Shown: piece after piece, positions 35,712 through 45,135 of the stretch
Numbering within the stretch: the first letter of the stretch is position 1
Layout of the letters: each line of letters begins with the position of its first letter
Notes under the pieces: generated by a model
Database searches by the model: none
What the model was told of the DNA's origin: nothing
The model's input: only the letters and a program-made list of their open reading frames with translations
Made by a program: the position numbers and the translations under genes
NCBI GenBank assembly: GCA_964631685.1
Contig: CAZVZU010000003.1
Span: 118,506 to 182,505 of the forward strand
Length of the DNA stretch: 64,000 bases
Source: an uncultured Actinomycetes bacterium
GTDB taxonomy: Bacteria; SZUA-79; Acidulodesulfobacterales; Acidulodesulfobacteraceae
Direction: 5' to 3'

Positions 35712-37565
35712 GTGGATGATAGCTTTGTGTTGCCAGACAAGTATTCCGGTGGTAAAATTGGCGATATTTTAGTAAAACGCGGTATCGCAAGAAAAAGCGA
35801 TGTTTCAAATGCATTACTAATTCAAGAACGAATACGTTCCGGTCTTGCAAAGGGCGAGAAGCTTCAAGACTTGAAGCTTGGCGAAATTCTCGTAAGAGAT
35901 GGTGTCGTCACTGTAAAAGAATTAGGCAGAGCGCTTAATGAACAGAAGCGTGTCGGAGGCAGCATAGGTGGACAACTTACAAAGTTGGGCTTTCTTAAGG
36001 ATTCCGAGTTAGTTTCATTTTTATCCAAAGAGTTTGGCGCCGCAACGGTTAATCTCAATGATGGAGAAATCTCCGAAAGCGTTATAAAACTTATCCCGCC
36101 CGACTTAGCTGTTAAGTATCAAGTAATTCCTGTTAAACGGCAAGGAAATACTATGTATCTGGCCGTATCTGATCCCACTAAGGTGGGAGTTCTTGACGAT
36201 ATAAAGTTTTATACGGGTCTTAATGTTGAAGTTGTTGTTACATCTGAAAACGATATAATCCATGCATTGTCGAAATACTATAATGCATCAACTATACTGA
36301 CGGAAAATAAAGATTATTTGAATTCGGTTGCTATAGAAGAAGGCAGTGAGGAGCCGGATATATCTGAGCTACAAAAGTCATCATCGGATAAGCCAATTAT
36401 TAATTTTGTTAATAAGGTGCTTTCCGATGCCGTAAAAATGGGGGCGAGCGATGTTCATGTGGAGCCTTATGAGACTATTGTAAGATTTAGATTCAGGATA
36501 GACGGTAAGTTAGTTGAGCAGATGAAGATTCCAGGACATCTTAAAAATCCGATTGTTTCCAGATTAAAAATTATGTCCCAGATGGATATTTCGGATAGAA
36601 GACTGCCTCAAGATGGACGAATAAAAGCTAAGGTAGATGGTAGAGAGGTTGATATGAGAGTGTCGTGCCTTCCCACATTATTCGGAGAAAAAATTGTTAT
36701 AAGAATATTAGATAAATCTAACCTCCAGCTTGATATGAGGAAATTGGGTTTCTTAGATGCCCAATTAGATGTTTTTAAAACTGCAATCCATAAGCCTCAC
36801 GGCATGATTTTGGTTACCGGACCTACCGGTTCCGGTAAAACAACTACTCTATACAGCGCATTGTCTGATGTGAATAAGATTGATGTCAATATTTCTACAG
36901 TGGAAGATCCTATAGAATATGATATTCAAGGAATCAATCAGGTTCAGGTGAATGAGGACATAGGATTGACCTTTGCACTGGCATTAAGGTCATTTTTAAG
37001 GCAAGATCCTGACGTTATCATGGTCGGGGAAATTAGAGATATGGAAACAGCTGAAATTGCCATTAAGGCTGCTTTAACAGGACACTTAGTTCTTTCTACG
37101 ATACATACCAATAATGCTTCTTCCACAATATCAAGACTTATCAATATGAAGATTGAGCCATTTTTGGTTGCATCTAGTTTAAATCTTATTATAGCTCAGA
37201 GGCTTATAAGAAAATTGTGTACTGAGTGTAAAGAAGCCTATTATATTGATAATAATATTTTAAAAGGATTGGAGTTTACCCCCGAGGAAATCTCGGGCAA
37301 ACGTTTTTACAAGGCAAAAGGCTGTCCTGCCTGCAATAAAACCGGTTATAAGGGAAGAATAGCTATTTATGAGGTTATTGATATACAAGATGATATTAAG
37401 GCTTTGATATACGATGATGTAAATGAATTTGAAATTGAAAAAGTTGCCGTAAAAAATGGAATGAAGACATTGAGCCGATCAGCACGAGAGAAATTTCTGG
37501 AAGGTGTTACTTCTCTCGCAGAGATAATTCAGTATGTTGGCGCAAAGGATTTTGTGTCTGAATAA
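35712..37565 (+). CDS. pilB: Type IV pilus assembly ATPase PilB
   Basis: MshEN-like N-terminal repeats, ASDVHVEP, GPTGSGKTTTLY, RQDPDVIMVGEIRD, TGHLVLSTIHTN, tetracysteine Zn motif. Confidence 0.96.
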   Translation: MDDSFVLPDKYSGGKIGDILVKRGIARKSDVSNALLIQERIRSGLAKGEKLQDLKLGEILVRDGVVTVKELGRALNEQKRVGGSIGGQLTKLGFLKDSELVSFLSKEFGAATVNLNDGEISESVIKLIPPDLAVKYQVIPVKRQGNTMYLAVSDPTKVGVLDDIKFYTGLNVEVVVTSENDIIHALSKYYNASTILTENKDYLNSVAIEEGSEEPDISELQKSSSDKPIINFVNKVLSDAVKMGASDVHVEPYETIVRFRFRIDGKLVEQMKIPGHLKNPIVSRLKIMSQMDISDRRLPQDGRIKAKVDGREVDMRVSCLPTLFGEKIVIRILDKSNLQLDMRKLGFLDAQLDVFKTAIHKPHGMILVTGPTGSGKTTTLYSALSDVNKIDVNISTVEDPIEYDIQGINQVQVNEDIGLTFALALRSFLRQDPDVIMVGEIRDMETAEIAIKAALTGHLVLSTIHTNNASSTISRLINMKIEPFLVASSLNLIIAQRLIRKLCTECKEAYYIDNNILKGLEFTPEEISGKRFYKAKGCPACNKTGYKGRIAIYEVIDIQDDIKALIYDDVNEFEIEKVAVKNGMKTLSRSAREKFLEGVTSLAEIIQYVGAKDFVSE

Positions 37566-37666
37566 GGGCGGTATACGCAGTGGATTCTATAAATTAAATA
37601 GCTTGACATAAACCATGATATTGATTATATATTATATATTATTGATATAATATGGAGGGGTTCTTA

Positions 37667-38938
37667 ATGCCGTCTATCGCTGATTTATTAAAGACAACCG
37701 TTGACCAGGGTGCTTCTGATCTCCATATAGCCGTGGGGACAGCTCCTCAAATTAGAATGAGGGGTACGCTGGTTCCATTGAGCTTTCCCCTGCTTACCCC
37801 GTCAGATACCCAAGGTCTTTGTTATAGTGTAATAACCGATTTACAAAAAAAGAAGTTCGAAGAGACTCATGAGCTTGACTTTTCGTTTAGCCAAAAGGGT
37901 ATTTCTAGATTTAGAGGCAACCTTTATTACGACAGAGGGTCAGTGGCAGGGGCATTTAGGGTTATACCGCACAATATTCCTTCTGTTGATACGTTAGGGC
38001 TTCCTGCCAGTGTTAAAGACATTATTAAATCGCCGAGGGGGCTTGTGTTGGTTACAGGGCCTACCGGGTCTGGTAAGACTACTACCCTTGCGGCCATGGT
38101 GGATGCTATAAATACAACTAGGCATGAACATATAATAACCGTAGAGGATCCCATAGAGTATGTATTTGCCCATAAAGGCTGTCTTGTTAATCAACGGGAA
38201 ATAGGACAGGATTCATTCAGCTTTGCCGAGGCATTAAGGCATATATTAAGAGAAGATCCGGATGTTGTTCTTGTTGGTGAAATTAGAGACATGGAAACAA
38301 TGGAGGCGGCGCTTACGATTGCAGAAACGGGGCATCTTACATTCGGAACATTGCACACGAACTCTGCAGTTCAAACAATAAGTAGAATTATAGATATATT
38401 TCCTTCAAATCAACAACCAGCGGTTAGGTCATCTCTTTCTCTTTCGCTAGTGGCGGTCTTATCTCAAACCCTCATTCCGAGAATTAATGGTGCAGGAAGG
38501 GTTTTAGCTGCAGAGCTAATGATACCGAATGCAGCTATCAAAAATTTAATTAGAGAGAATAAAATTCATCAAATATATTCTCAGCTTCAACTTGGTCAAG
38601 AAAAATATGGAATGCAGACATTGAATCAGGCATTAGCTTCCCTAGCCAATAAAAGAATTATAAGCGAGGAGGATGCGTATAGTAGATCGTCTGATATAGA
38701 AGAGTTGCGGCAGACTATGTCTTCGGGGCTTACGTCAAAAACAGGTATTGATGGACCGGGGGTCATTACAGCTAAGGGCGAATCTTTTTTAGAGGGTTCT
38801 AATGTAAAGGATATTGGAGGTATCGGTAGCAATATGGGTGTACAAGGTATGCCCAGTAGATCGTCATCCTTCCCATCGCAGGGAAGAAAAAAAGACGATG
38901 ATGAGCCATTCGAAGGTATAGATTTCACTAAACTATAG
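37667..38938 (+). CDS. pilT: Type IV pilus retraction ATPase PilT with C-terminal extension
   Basis: ASDLHI, GPTGSGKTTT, REDPDVVLVGEIRD, AETGHL, AIKNLIRE; ATG 37667 follows GGAGG. Confidence 0.96.
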   Translation: MPSIADLLKTTVDQGASDLHIAVGTAPQIRMRGTLVPLSFPLLTPSDTQGLCYSVITDLQKKKFEETHELDFSFSQKGISRFRGNLYYDRGSVAGAFRVIPHNIPSVDTLGLPASVKDIIKSPRGLVLVTGPTGSGKTTTLAAMVDAINTTRHEHIITVEDPIEYVFAHKGCLVNQREIGQDSFSFAEALRHILREDPDVVLVGEIRDMETMEAALTIAETGHLTFGTLHTNSAVQTISRIIDIFPSNQQPAVRSSLSLSLVAVLSQTLIPRINGAGRVLAAELMIPNAAIKNLIRENKIHQIYSQLQLGQEKYGMQTLNQALASLANKRIISEEDAYSRSSDIEELRQTMSSGLTSKTGIDGPGVITAKGESFLEGSNVKDIGGIGSNMGVQGMPSRSSSFPSQGRKKDDDEPFEGIDFTKL

Positions 38939-39026
38939 AATTAGCTATATAAGGCAATAGACGTGTATAATGATTTATACCGCATGTGTTTATTGCGTTG
39001 AGAGTAATAGAGGGGTAAATTCAATT

Positions 39027-40253
39027 ATGGCCGTATATCAATGGAAAGGTAGACGTCGTTCAGGGGAGTATCTCAAGGGAGAAATTACCGCTTCAGGTCC
39101 CAACTTTGTTGCGGCTGAGCTAAGAAGGAAGGATATTTATCCCATAAAAATAGGGAAGAAGAATGAGTTTTTCACATTAAGTCTAAAAGGTAACAAAGAA
39201 GTAGGTCCAAATACAAAAATAAACGACAATAACTTAATATTATTTACTAGGCAGTTTTCCTCATTGATCGATTCCGGCGTTCCGATTCTTCAAGGTTTGG
39301 TGATAATGATTGAACAACAGAAGAATAAAGATCTAAAAGGTATGCTGACTAAGATAAAAGGAAATATTGAAGGCGGAGCATCTTTGTCTGACAGCCTTAA
39401 AAAATTTCCTATGGTTTTTAATGACTTATATGTGAACCTTGTTGAGGCAGGTGAAAAAGGTGGAGTTTTAGATAGAGTTTTTAGAAGATTGTCTGTCTAT
39501 TTTGAAAAGATGCTTAAGCTAAAAAGAAAAATAAAGGGGGCGATGATTTATCCTATTGTCGTTTTAAGTGTTGCTATTGCCGTTATTATTATACTTATGA
39601 CGTTTGTTATTCCTATATTTGCCAGTCTTTTTGCCAGCGTCGGTGCCAAGCTTCCGGCCCTTACAATGGATGTGATAGCATTTAGCGACTTCATGAAGTC
39701 ATACATCTTATATATAATAATAGCCGGGGCGTTGATTATATTTGCACTAAAGGCTTATCGTAAAAGAGAGAGTGGGAGGAGGAATATAGATCGCCTTATT
39801 CTCAAGATACCACTCATAGGTGTTTTACTGAAAAAGGTAGCAATAGCGAGATTCGCAAGAACTTTCTCCACGATGATCGAAAGTGGGGTACCGATATTGG
39901 CGGGATTGGATATTGTCTCCAGAACGAGTGGCAATAAGGTAATAGAAGATACTATTATGCAGGCGAAACAAGATGTTTCCGCCGGCGCTACCCTTTCCGT
40001 TTCATTAAGTAAAACCGATTTATTTCCTCCGCTGGTAATACAAATGGTTATGGTTGGCGAAAAGACCGGTAATCTTGATGCAATGCTTACTAAGGTTGCC
40101 GATTATTATGATGAAGATGTTGATAACGCTGTCAATAATTTAACCCAAATGTTAGAGCCGGCGCTGATAATATTTCTAGGCGTAGTTGTGGGAACATTAG
40201 TTGTTGCTATGTATCTGCCTATATTTAACTTGGGGCAAGCTATTAAGGGGTAA
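39027..40253 (+). CDS. pilC: Type IV pilus platform protein PilC
   Basis: MAVYQWKG start, FTRQFSSLIDSGVP, AGEKGGVLD, GEKTGNLD, AMYLPIF. Confidence 0.95.
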   Translation: MAVYQWKGRRRSGEYLKGEITASGPNFVAAELRRKDIYPIKIGKKNEFFTLSLKGNKEVGPNTKINDNNLILFTRQFSSLIDSGVPILQGLVIMIEQQKNKDLKGMLTKIKGNIEGGASLSDSLKKFPMVFNDLYVNLVEAGEKGGVLDRVFRRLSVYFEKMLKLKRKIKGAMIYPIVVLSVAIAVIIILMTFVIPIFASLFASVGAKLPALTMDVIAFSDFMKSYILYIIIAGALIIFALKAYRKRESGRRNIDRLILKIPLIGVLLKKVAIARFARTFSTMIESGVPILAGLDIVSRTSGNKVIEDTIMQAKQDVSAGATLSVSLSKTDLFPPLVIQMVMVGEKTGNLDAMLTKVADYYDEDVDNAVNNLTQMLEPALIIFLGVVVGTLVVAMYLPIFNLGQAIKG

Positions 40254-40359
40254 CTAATGATTTTAGCATTAACATACGACACCTTATTGGGTTTTCGGAT
40301 AGTTACCGACGGTAACGGTGCTACGTATTAAATGATATTTTATATCGAGGTGAGCTTCT

Positions 40360-42156
40360 CTGAACTTACGTTTCACTGAATTTAGTTTTAGTTCAACCAT
40401 AGATGATTATGAGAATATTTATGGAAAACTTAGGTTCATAATAATCTTTAGACCGCTTATTTTTTCCGTTATAATACTCGTATATATTTTAACCCGCCTT
40501 AACGAGATATATGGTTATGAAAATTTTGTCTACTTTTTGTTGGCTTTTCTGATATTTATATCTTTTTTGTACATTGTCATACTCCAATATATAAAAACAA
40601 GAGAGGTCACAAATGAAAGCCGAGACAATCGAGTTTTAAAATATTTCGGTTTCATCCAGCTTTTCATCGATTTTACTCTCATATCAGTAGTAATATTATT
40701 CAACGGAGGATTGGGCAGTAAATTAATTTTTTTATATTACCCACTAATATTAATAGGCGGATTTGTTTTTCTAAGGACAGGTGCATTGGTTTTTTCTGTA
40801 GCATCGTCCGTGGCCATCGGTTTATTGGCAGATTTGCAGTATTATTTTAATTTTGGTTATCATCCCTTTTTCTTGTCCAATCCAGATAAATTGCTCTTTT
40901 TGGCAAGCATTAATATACTGGGCGTTCTGATATTCGGTTCACTCTTGTATCACTTTTCGGGGGGCATGAGGGTTTTAAGCGAGAAGATGGTTGAGATGGA
41001 TAAATTAATGAAAAATTCACAAAATTTCAACAAGGAGTTAATGAACAGTTTTTCGCAAGGGGTTATTGTTCTTGACGGTAATTACAATGTTGTATTTATA
41101 AATAAAGAGGCTGTCAATATCTTAGATTTACAACGTTTTAATAGAGCATTTATCAATAAAGCTGGTGTTTTATTTAATTTTAATCTTGACATAAGGGATA
41201 TTTTGAATAATTTTCCAATTAATATTCTTGGCGGAGTCAATAAAAAACATGATGTTCAATATGAAAATAAACATAATGGACTAAAAAGGTTCGAGATAAA
41301 GCATCAAGGCATGATTTTAGGTTTTTCTCATGCCGAATTTATTTATTACAAAGGTTTTCCTGGAAAATTTATGCTCTTTTTTAGAGATATAACCTTTATC
41401 AAGCAAATGGAGATTGAATCAAAGATTAATGAAGGTTTAATGACAGCAGGCAAGTTTGCGGGATGGTTGGCCCATGAGGTCAGGAATCCCCTTTTAGCAA
41501 TAAATACATCGGCAGATATTTTAAATTCACAAAATTTAGATTATGATAGCGATGATTATAAGAAATTAACCGGTATCATAAGAACGGAATCACTAAGATT
41601 AGACAATTTGGTTAACGATTTTTTGAGTTTTGCAAAGATAAAATCAACTAGCATCAATTATAATAAAAATAATTATGAAAGTTTTAATCTTTTTGAGATG
41701 GTCGATGACATAATATTAAGTTTTCCAGAGCAGTCAAAAGACGGTTCGAGTGATACAATAAAAATAAATATATGTAATAGACTAGACCCTAATAGGAATA
41801 TCTTTTCAGAAAAATATAGGATTCACCAGGTTCTTCTTAATATTTTACAAAATTCCGTACAGTCGTTACGAGGTAGAAATATTAAAAGTCATGCCGGTAT
41901 TATAAGAATTGCCTCAAAAATAATGAAAGATGGGAGCGGAAAAGAATGGCTCTTAGTATCTATTTTCGACAATGGGGAAGGGATGGACGAATTTACCCTA
42001 AAAAATATATTCAAGCCTCTTTTTACCACGAAAGAAAATGGGATCGGACTTGGATTGCCTATCGTTTATTCAATATTGGAAAATCTCGGTGGGGAGATAA
42101 GGGTGCAGAGTAGGATTAATACGGGAACATTAATCAAGATAAGCTTACCTATCTAA
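40360..42156 (+). CDS. pilS: Sensor histidine kinase PilS, probably longer than the ORF-track call
   Basis: Multi-TM N-terminus with D...NGG..S..Y, PAS-like region, AHEVRNPL, GIGLGL. The frame is open from 40354; candidate CTG start at 40360 after GAGGTG. Confidence 0.8.
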   Translation: MNLRFTEFSFSSTIDDYENIYGKLRFIIIFRPLIFSVIILVYILTRLNEIYGYENFVYFLLAFLIFISFLYIVILQYIKTREVTNESRDNRVLKYFGFIQLFIDFTLISVVILFNGGLGSKLIFLYYPLILIGGFVFLRTGALVFSVASSVAIGLLADLQYYFNFGYHPFFLSNPDKLLFLASINILGVLIFGSLLYHFSGGMRVLSEKMVEMDKLMKNSQNFNKELMNSFSQGVIVLDGNYNVVFINKEAVNILDLQRFNRAFINKAGVLFNFNLDIRDILNNFPINILGGVNKKHDVQYENKHNGLKRFEIKHQGMILGFSHAEFIYYKGFPGKFMLFFRDITFIKQMEIESKINEGLMTAGKFAGWLAHEVRNPLLAINTSADILNSQNLDYDSDDYKKLTGIIRTESLRLDNLVNDFLSFAKIKSTSINYNKNNYESFNLFEMVDDIILSFPEQSKDGSSDTIKINICNRLDPNRNIFSEKYRIHQVLLNILQNSVQSLRGRNIKSHAGIIRIASKIMKDGSGKEWLLVSIFDNGEGMDEFTLKNIFKPLFTTKENGIGLGLPIVYSILENLGGEIRVQSRINTGTLIKISLPI

Positions 42157-42171
42157 AAATTATTAGGAGAT

Positions 42172-43674
42172 ATGAATAAGTATATTATAGATACTCACGA
42201 TTTAAAGAAAAAGATACTCCTCATAGACGATGAAATGTCTATACTGGATTCTCTTAAGATATTACTTACCATTGAAGGATACGATGTTACCATTTCCAAG
42301 AGTGTTAATAATGCCATAAAACTCATGGATGCAACAAATTTTAATCTCATCGTTTCCGATATAAGAATGCCAGAGATGTCGGGATTTGAGTTTGTCGAAT
42401 TTTTTAAAAAAGAGAGGAGAGGTTTAAATTCAAAACTGTTACCTATCATATTAATGACGGCTTACTCTGATGTTAAAGCAGGGGTAGAGGCTATCAAGCA
42501 AGGAGTTTTTGATTACATAACCAAGCCATTTGATAATGAAGAATTTAAAATTACGATTAGAAGGGCTATAGACTATTTTAGGGTTTTTGAGGATTTAAAT
42601 GCTATAAAAAGTGCTGAAATAATAAAAGGGGGCATAAAAGGGGAGTCTAGAATTATAAAAAATATCTTAAATGATATAGCTAGTGTTTCTTTGAATTTTA
42701 ATACTATTCTCATTACCGGAGAATCCGGTACAGGAAAAGAATTAGCCGCAAGGTTGATTTACGATATTTATTCCAGGGGTTCTGATAATCAAAAAGTTGT
42801 AGCGAGAACCTCGCTTGCTAAAAGGGATATGCCATTTGTTCCTGTAAATTTATCGGCTATTCCAGAAAATCTCTTGGAAAGCGAATTATTTGGCTATGCC
42901 AAAGGTGCATTCACGGGTGCAGAGACGAATAAAATGGGGCTCATACAATATGCTGATGGAGGCATCCTTTTTCTTGATGAAATAGGAGATTTATCGTTGT
43001 CGTTGCAGATAAAACTATTAAGGGTTTTGCAAGAGAAGTCCTACAGAAAATTGGGATCCAACAAGGAAGAATTTATGAATGCAAAAATAATTGCTGCCAC
43101 AAATAAAGATTTAGAGTCATTGGTTGCCTCAGGTAAATTTAGAGGAGACTTATATTTTAGGCTAAATAGGGTCAATATAACAATGCCACCGTTAAGGGAA
43201 CACAAGGAAGATATTCCTATTTTAACATCATATTTTATAAAAAAGTTTTCAAAATCAATAAAATCAATCTCTCCGATGGCAATGTCGTTACTTGTGAATT
43301 ATGATTATCGAGGCAATGTGAGAGAACTTGAAAATATTATAGAAAGGGCATGTATTTATTGCGAAGGCTATGATAAAACCGGTTTATTAAAGGAAATAAA
43401 TGAAAATTGCCTTCCTGGCTATATTTTCAAGAAGGACGACAATAAAAAAGCAGATATCAGTTTTGAAGGAGATTATTATGAAAAAATAATAGAAATATTT
43501 AACCGACTTAATAGCGAAAAAAAAATATCGCTGCAGGATTTTATTAGGATTATCGAAAAAATTATCGTAGAAAACCGGATAAAAGAAAACAATTCTAAAT
43601 TGGATGCTGCGAAAAGTCTAGGTTTATCCCTGAGGTCTTTAAGATACATATTGTCAAAAGAGGATCAGAGATGA
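42172..43674 (+). CDS. pilR: Sigma54-dependent response regulator PilR
   Basis: Receiver domain, GESGTGKE, ESELFGYAKGAFTGA, C-terminal AAKSLGLSLRSLRY; follows pilS. Confidence 0.85.
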   Translation: MNKYIIDTHDLKKKILLIDDEMSILDSLKILLTIEGYDVTISKSVNNAIKLMDATNFNLIVSDIRMPEMSGFEFVEFFKKERRGLNSKLLPIILMTAYSDVKAGVEAIKQGVFDYITKPFDNEEFKITIRRAIDYFRVFEDLNAIKSAEIIKGGIKGESRIIKNILNDIASVSLNFNTILITGESGTGKELAARLIYDIYSRGSDNQKVVARTSLAKRDMPFVPVNLSAIPENLLESELFGYAKGAFTGAETNKMGLIQYADGGILFLDEIGDLSLSLQIKLLRVLQEKSYRKLGSNKEEFMNAKIIAATNKDLESLVASGKFRGDLYFRLNRVNITMPPLREHKEDIPILTSYFIKKFSKSIKSISPMAMSLLVNYDYRGNVRELENIIERACIYCEGYDKTGLLKEINENCLPGYIFKKDDNKKADISFEGDYYEKIIEIFNRLNSEKKISLQDFIRIIEKIIVENRIKENNSKLDAAKSLGLSLRSLRYILSKEDQR

Positions 43675-44483
43675 ACTATCTGTTTGTTATTGAATACAAC
43701 GGGTTAAATTATAACGGTTGGCAAAGTCAAAATAATCCTGAAAAATCAAGGAGAGTTAAGACTATAGAAAATGAGCTCTTAAGGGCTATTAGTATCGTGA
43801 CAAAATTTAATACAAGGTTTTTTGTTTCGGGAAGGACCGATGCCGGTGTCCATGCCGTGAACCAAGTCGCAAATTGTAGTCTTCCTTTTTATTACGACAC
43901 GCTCAAATTAAAGGCATCGTTAAATGGTATTCTTCCGCTTGAGATATCCATAAAAAATATAGAGATTATACACGATTTATTTCATGCGACCTATGATACT
44001 ATTTCCAAAATATATCTATACAAAATCAACTCGGGGTTTAAGAGCTCATTGTTATTAGGCTATACTTGGTTCGTAAAGGAAAAATTAAATTTAAAACTAA
44101 TGGATGAAGCCGCAAATGTTTTTGTCGGCAAACATAACTTTATTAATTTTACCAAGAAGGAGAAAGAAAAATATTCGGCTAACTATTACAGGACAATTAA
44201 GGATATAGGTATATATAAAAAAAGCTATGGATTTGATATTTTTGTTGAGGGTGAGGGTTTTTTAAGGCACATGGTTAGAAGAATTGTGGGGGCCATTGTC
44301 TCATGCGGAAGTGGAAAGATACGCGTTGAATACATAATGAGTATGCTTGATGAAATAAATTTGACGTCAAACATAAGCTCAGCGAACAAACAGCCCAGTG
44401 CAGGTCACTTTAATTTACTCTGCGCTCCGCCCAATGGACTTTTTTTATATTCGGTAAAGTATAGACATAAAAATTATTCTTGA
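43671..44483 (+). CDS. truA: tRNA pseudouridine(38-40) synthase
   Basis: YNGWQSQ, SGRTDAGVHA, FLRHMVRRIVG, APPNGLFL. Confidence 0.96.
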   Translation: MNYLFVIEYNGLNYNGWQSQNNPEKSRRVKTIENELLRAISIVTKFNTRFFVSGRTDAGVHAVNQVANCSLPFYYDTLKLKASLNGILPLEISIKNIEIIHDLFHATYDTISKIYLYKINSGFKSSLLLGYTWFVKEKLNLKLMDEAANVFVGKHNFINFTKKEKEKYSANYYRTIKDIGIYKKSYGFDIFVEGEGFLRHMVRRIVGAIVSCGSGKIRVEYIMSMLDEINLTSNISSANKQPSAGHFNLLCAPPNGLFLYSVKYRHKNYS

Positions 44484-44508
44484 TATTTTATTAAATTTTA
44501 TTTATAAT
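44480..44508 (+). promoter_or_regulatory. Sigma70 promoter of the rimP-nusA-infB operon
   Basis: TTGATA-17 bp-TATAAT. Confidence 0.65.
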
Positions 44509-44576
44509 TGCGGAGATAGGTATATAAGAATTTTTGTAATTTGTTTTGTTTGTATATTTTACTATTTTTTTTATAT

Positions 44577-44602
44577 AAAAGTGGGTTTTGCCCGCTTTTT
44601 TT
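44577..44602 (+). promoter_or_regulatory. rimP-leader-like terminator hairpin
   Basis: AAAAGTGGG-TTTTG-CCCGCTTTT plus a T-tract, immediately before the rimP ATG. Confidence 0.65.
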
Positions 44603-44607
44603 ATTTT

Positions 44608-45093
44608 ATGCACGATAGTTTGATAAAAGACATAGAGAAGGTTACGGAAGATATTGCACAGTGCTACGGGTGTTATCTTGTCGGCGCTATATTTTCTTCT
44701 GCAGCTGCGGGCGGCGGAGTGGCTTTAAGGGTTTATATTGATGCGGAGGGTGGTATTAATATATCTCAGTTGTCCAATATATCCAGAGAATTAAATATGA
44801 TACTGGACGTTAAAGAGTTAATAAAATTTAAATATACTCTTGAGGTTTCGTCCCCGGGTATCAATAGGATTATTTTAAAGTTTAACGATTATAAGAAATA
44901 TAAAGGAAAAAGGGTGAAAGTATCCCTACGAAAAAAGATTAACGGAAGGATTAACTTAATCGGGGAGATACTCGATACGGAAGACGATAGTGGAAATAAT
45001 AGCCCCGGTATAAAAATATTTGACGAAATAGAGCATAGAATCAGGGTTATTTCTTTTTTTCAAATTAAAAAAGGGAATTTGTTGGTTATATAA
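44608..45093 (+). CDS. rimP: Ribosome maturation factor RimP
   Basis: LRVYID..GGI and YTLEVSSPGINR; start moved to ATG 44608. Confidence 0.93.
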   Translation: MHDSLIKDIEKVTEDIAQCYGCYLVGAIFSSAAAGGGVALRVYIDAEGGINISQLSNISRELNMILDVKELIKFKYTLEVSSPGINRIILKFNDYKKYKGKRVKVSLRKKINGRINLIGEILDTEDDSGNNSPGIKIFDEIEHRIRVISFFQIKKGNLLVI

Positions 45094-45135
45094 ATTTAAT
45101 TATTTTAATATTTAAAATATTTAAGGAGTATAGAA

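Noticed and set aside
40302..40316. Palindrome GTTACCG-A-CGGTAAC between pilC and pilS
   Set aside because: A single 7-bp-arm palindrome with a 1-nt centre, no second copy seen and no assignable role.
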